In this document: piece by piece, positions 62,790-64,000 of the stretch
Layout of the letters: every line of letters begins with the position of its first letter
Numbering within the stretch: position 1 is the stretch's first letter
Assembly: GCF_964355755.1 (NCBI RefSeq)
Contig: NC_092672.1
Location: forward strand, 24,689,237-24,753,236
Source: Antedon mediterranea
Taxonomy: Eukaryota; Animalia; Echinodermata
DNA length: 64,000 nucleotides
Direction: 5' to 3'
Made by a program: the position numbers and the translations under genes
The notes under the pieces: generated by a model
Told to the model about the DNA's origin: nothing
Database searches by the model: none
Seen by the model: only the letters and a program-made list of their open reading frames with translations

Positions 62790-64000
62790 CATTTTGATAG
62801 AAACGTTAAGCTCAACAGTTCTTTTCAGAATGCTAGAAGTAACTTGCCATATGTATCAGATTAAACGCTCCAGGCATTTATTGTTCAAAAGGGTTTTTAG
62901 GGGGAAAGGAGGCATCTTTATCTGGGGTATAATATGGTAACATGTATAATCAAATAAATACCACCTAGATGTAAAAAAATACTGCACAATTAATATCAAA
63001 AAGTGATAAAATTATGTCAAAATGCTTGGTAAATTGTAGATTATGGTAGTTAATGAAATGTGTTGACGTGATACAATTATTCTGTAAATGCATGTGGCGG
63101 GGCGTTTATTCCACATGGTGTTCTATTGGAGGGAATGGTGGCGTTTATTTGAAGGAATACTCTAATTTTAATAATTGTATTTCGTTTCTCAACTGATAAA
63201 AGGTACTTTACATGATTCGTTTTCCTCTTTATGCTTTTTAACGAAATGTTTCTGTCTTTTAAAATAAAAGTGATAGATTCCATTAAATGGATCTTCTCCT
63301 CCAGGTGCCAGTATAATGATATAAAACAATGACACATCATTATCCTGACACGATTGCACTCATAATGGATCTTCATTCTATCATCTATTTGTTTGTAACT
63401 ACAATTTGACAACAATCTTTTGCATAGTTTTAAATGCCAATACATAGTTTCATTACTATTGTACAATATGTCCAGCTTTCCTGAAAACACCCTTGTGTAC
63501 TGTAGTACAGTGTTGTAGTATGATTTTATCATGATAAACTTCTGATGCTTTTATTGTCAATGCATTCAGTACCTAAAACATGTCAAAGTTTCTAGTGGTA
63601 TTGATAATAAATCTCCAGAAATATATATTGTTTTATTATCTACACTGGGAACAGACGTGTATGTATAAGTTTTGTCGTTGACATTCAAAACTATTATGCA
63701 ACAGTGTTGAGTAATAATGACAATGACTTGGTTTATTATTGTGGTCTCCGATACCTTTTATTACATGATTGTACTTCCTCCAGGATAGAATGAGGTTTAA
63801 TCCCGTTATTATTCTTATTATATATATATATATATTTTTTATATATATATCTGGGGTGTATTTATTTGATTATACATGTTACCATTATTACACCCAACAA
63901 AATAAACACCTTCCCTGAATAAATAAATGCCAGAGGATTTTATTCGGGTAACTACAGTAAATTACTTCTAGCATTCTCAAAATGTTTGACCGTTTGGGGG
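62790..64000. repeat. Diverged inverted repeat arms (about 62790-62970 and 63848-64000)
   Basis: gaatgctagaagtaa and ggtaacatgtataatcaaataaatac recur as reverse complements. Confidence 0.55.

Noticed and set aside
63077-63532. 151-aa ORF
   Set aside because: No recognisable motif or splice context; lies between inverted repeat arms

Overview
AT-rich, intron-containing eukaryotic DNA (animal; a marine invertebrate is an inference from the TE families and the gene type). No prokaryotic genes, rRNA/tRNA or CRISPR are supported. 1-23 kb is a stack of transposons: a CR1-type LINE with an intact ORF2, a multi-level nest of PIF/Harbinger-type elements with a 5'-truncated L1/Tx1 LINE inside, a young but RT-deleted BEL/Pao LTR element carrying two LINE insertions, and Kolobok-like TTAA elements. 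About 23.8-45.2 kb (+) is one host gene that I reconstructed by hand from 18 phase-compatible GT-AG exons (about 951 aa). It encodes a Roco-type ROC-COR protein with C-terminal tandem death-effector domains, and I could not find an exon for the GTPase P-loop. Six unrelated tandem arrays lie in this gene. The most striking is about 117 copies of a 34-bp unit made from an exon's own 3' end plus two tandem 5' splice sites, placed just before the DED exon. A 53-bp satellite supplies the C-terminus and stop codon. 48-64 kb is decayed LINE, HINE and MITE debris. Exon and domain calls are by eye, without HMM or RNA evidence.
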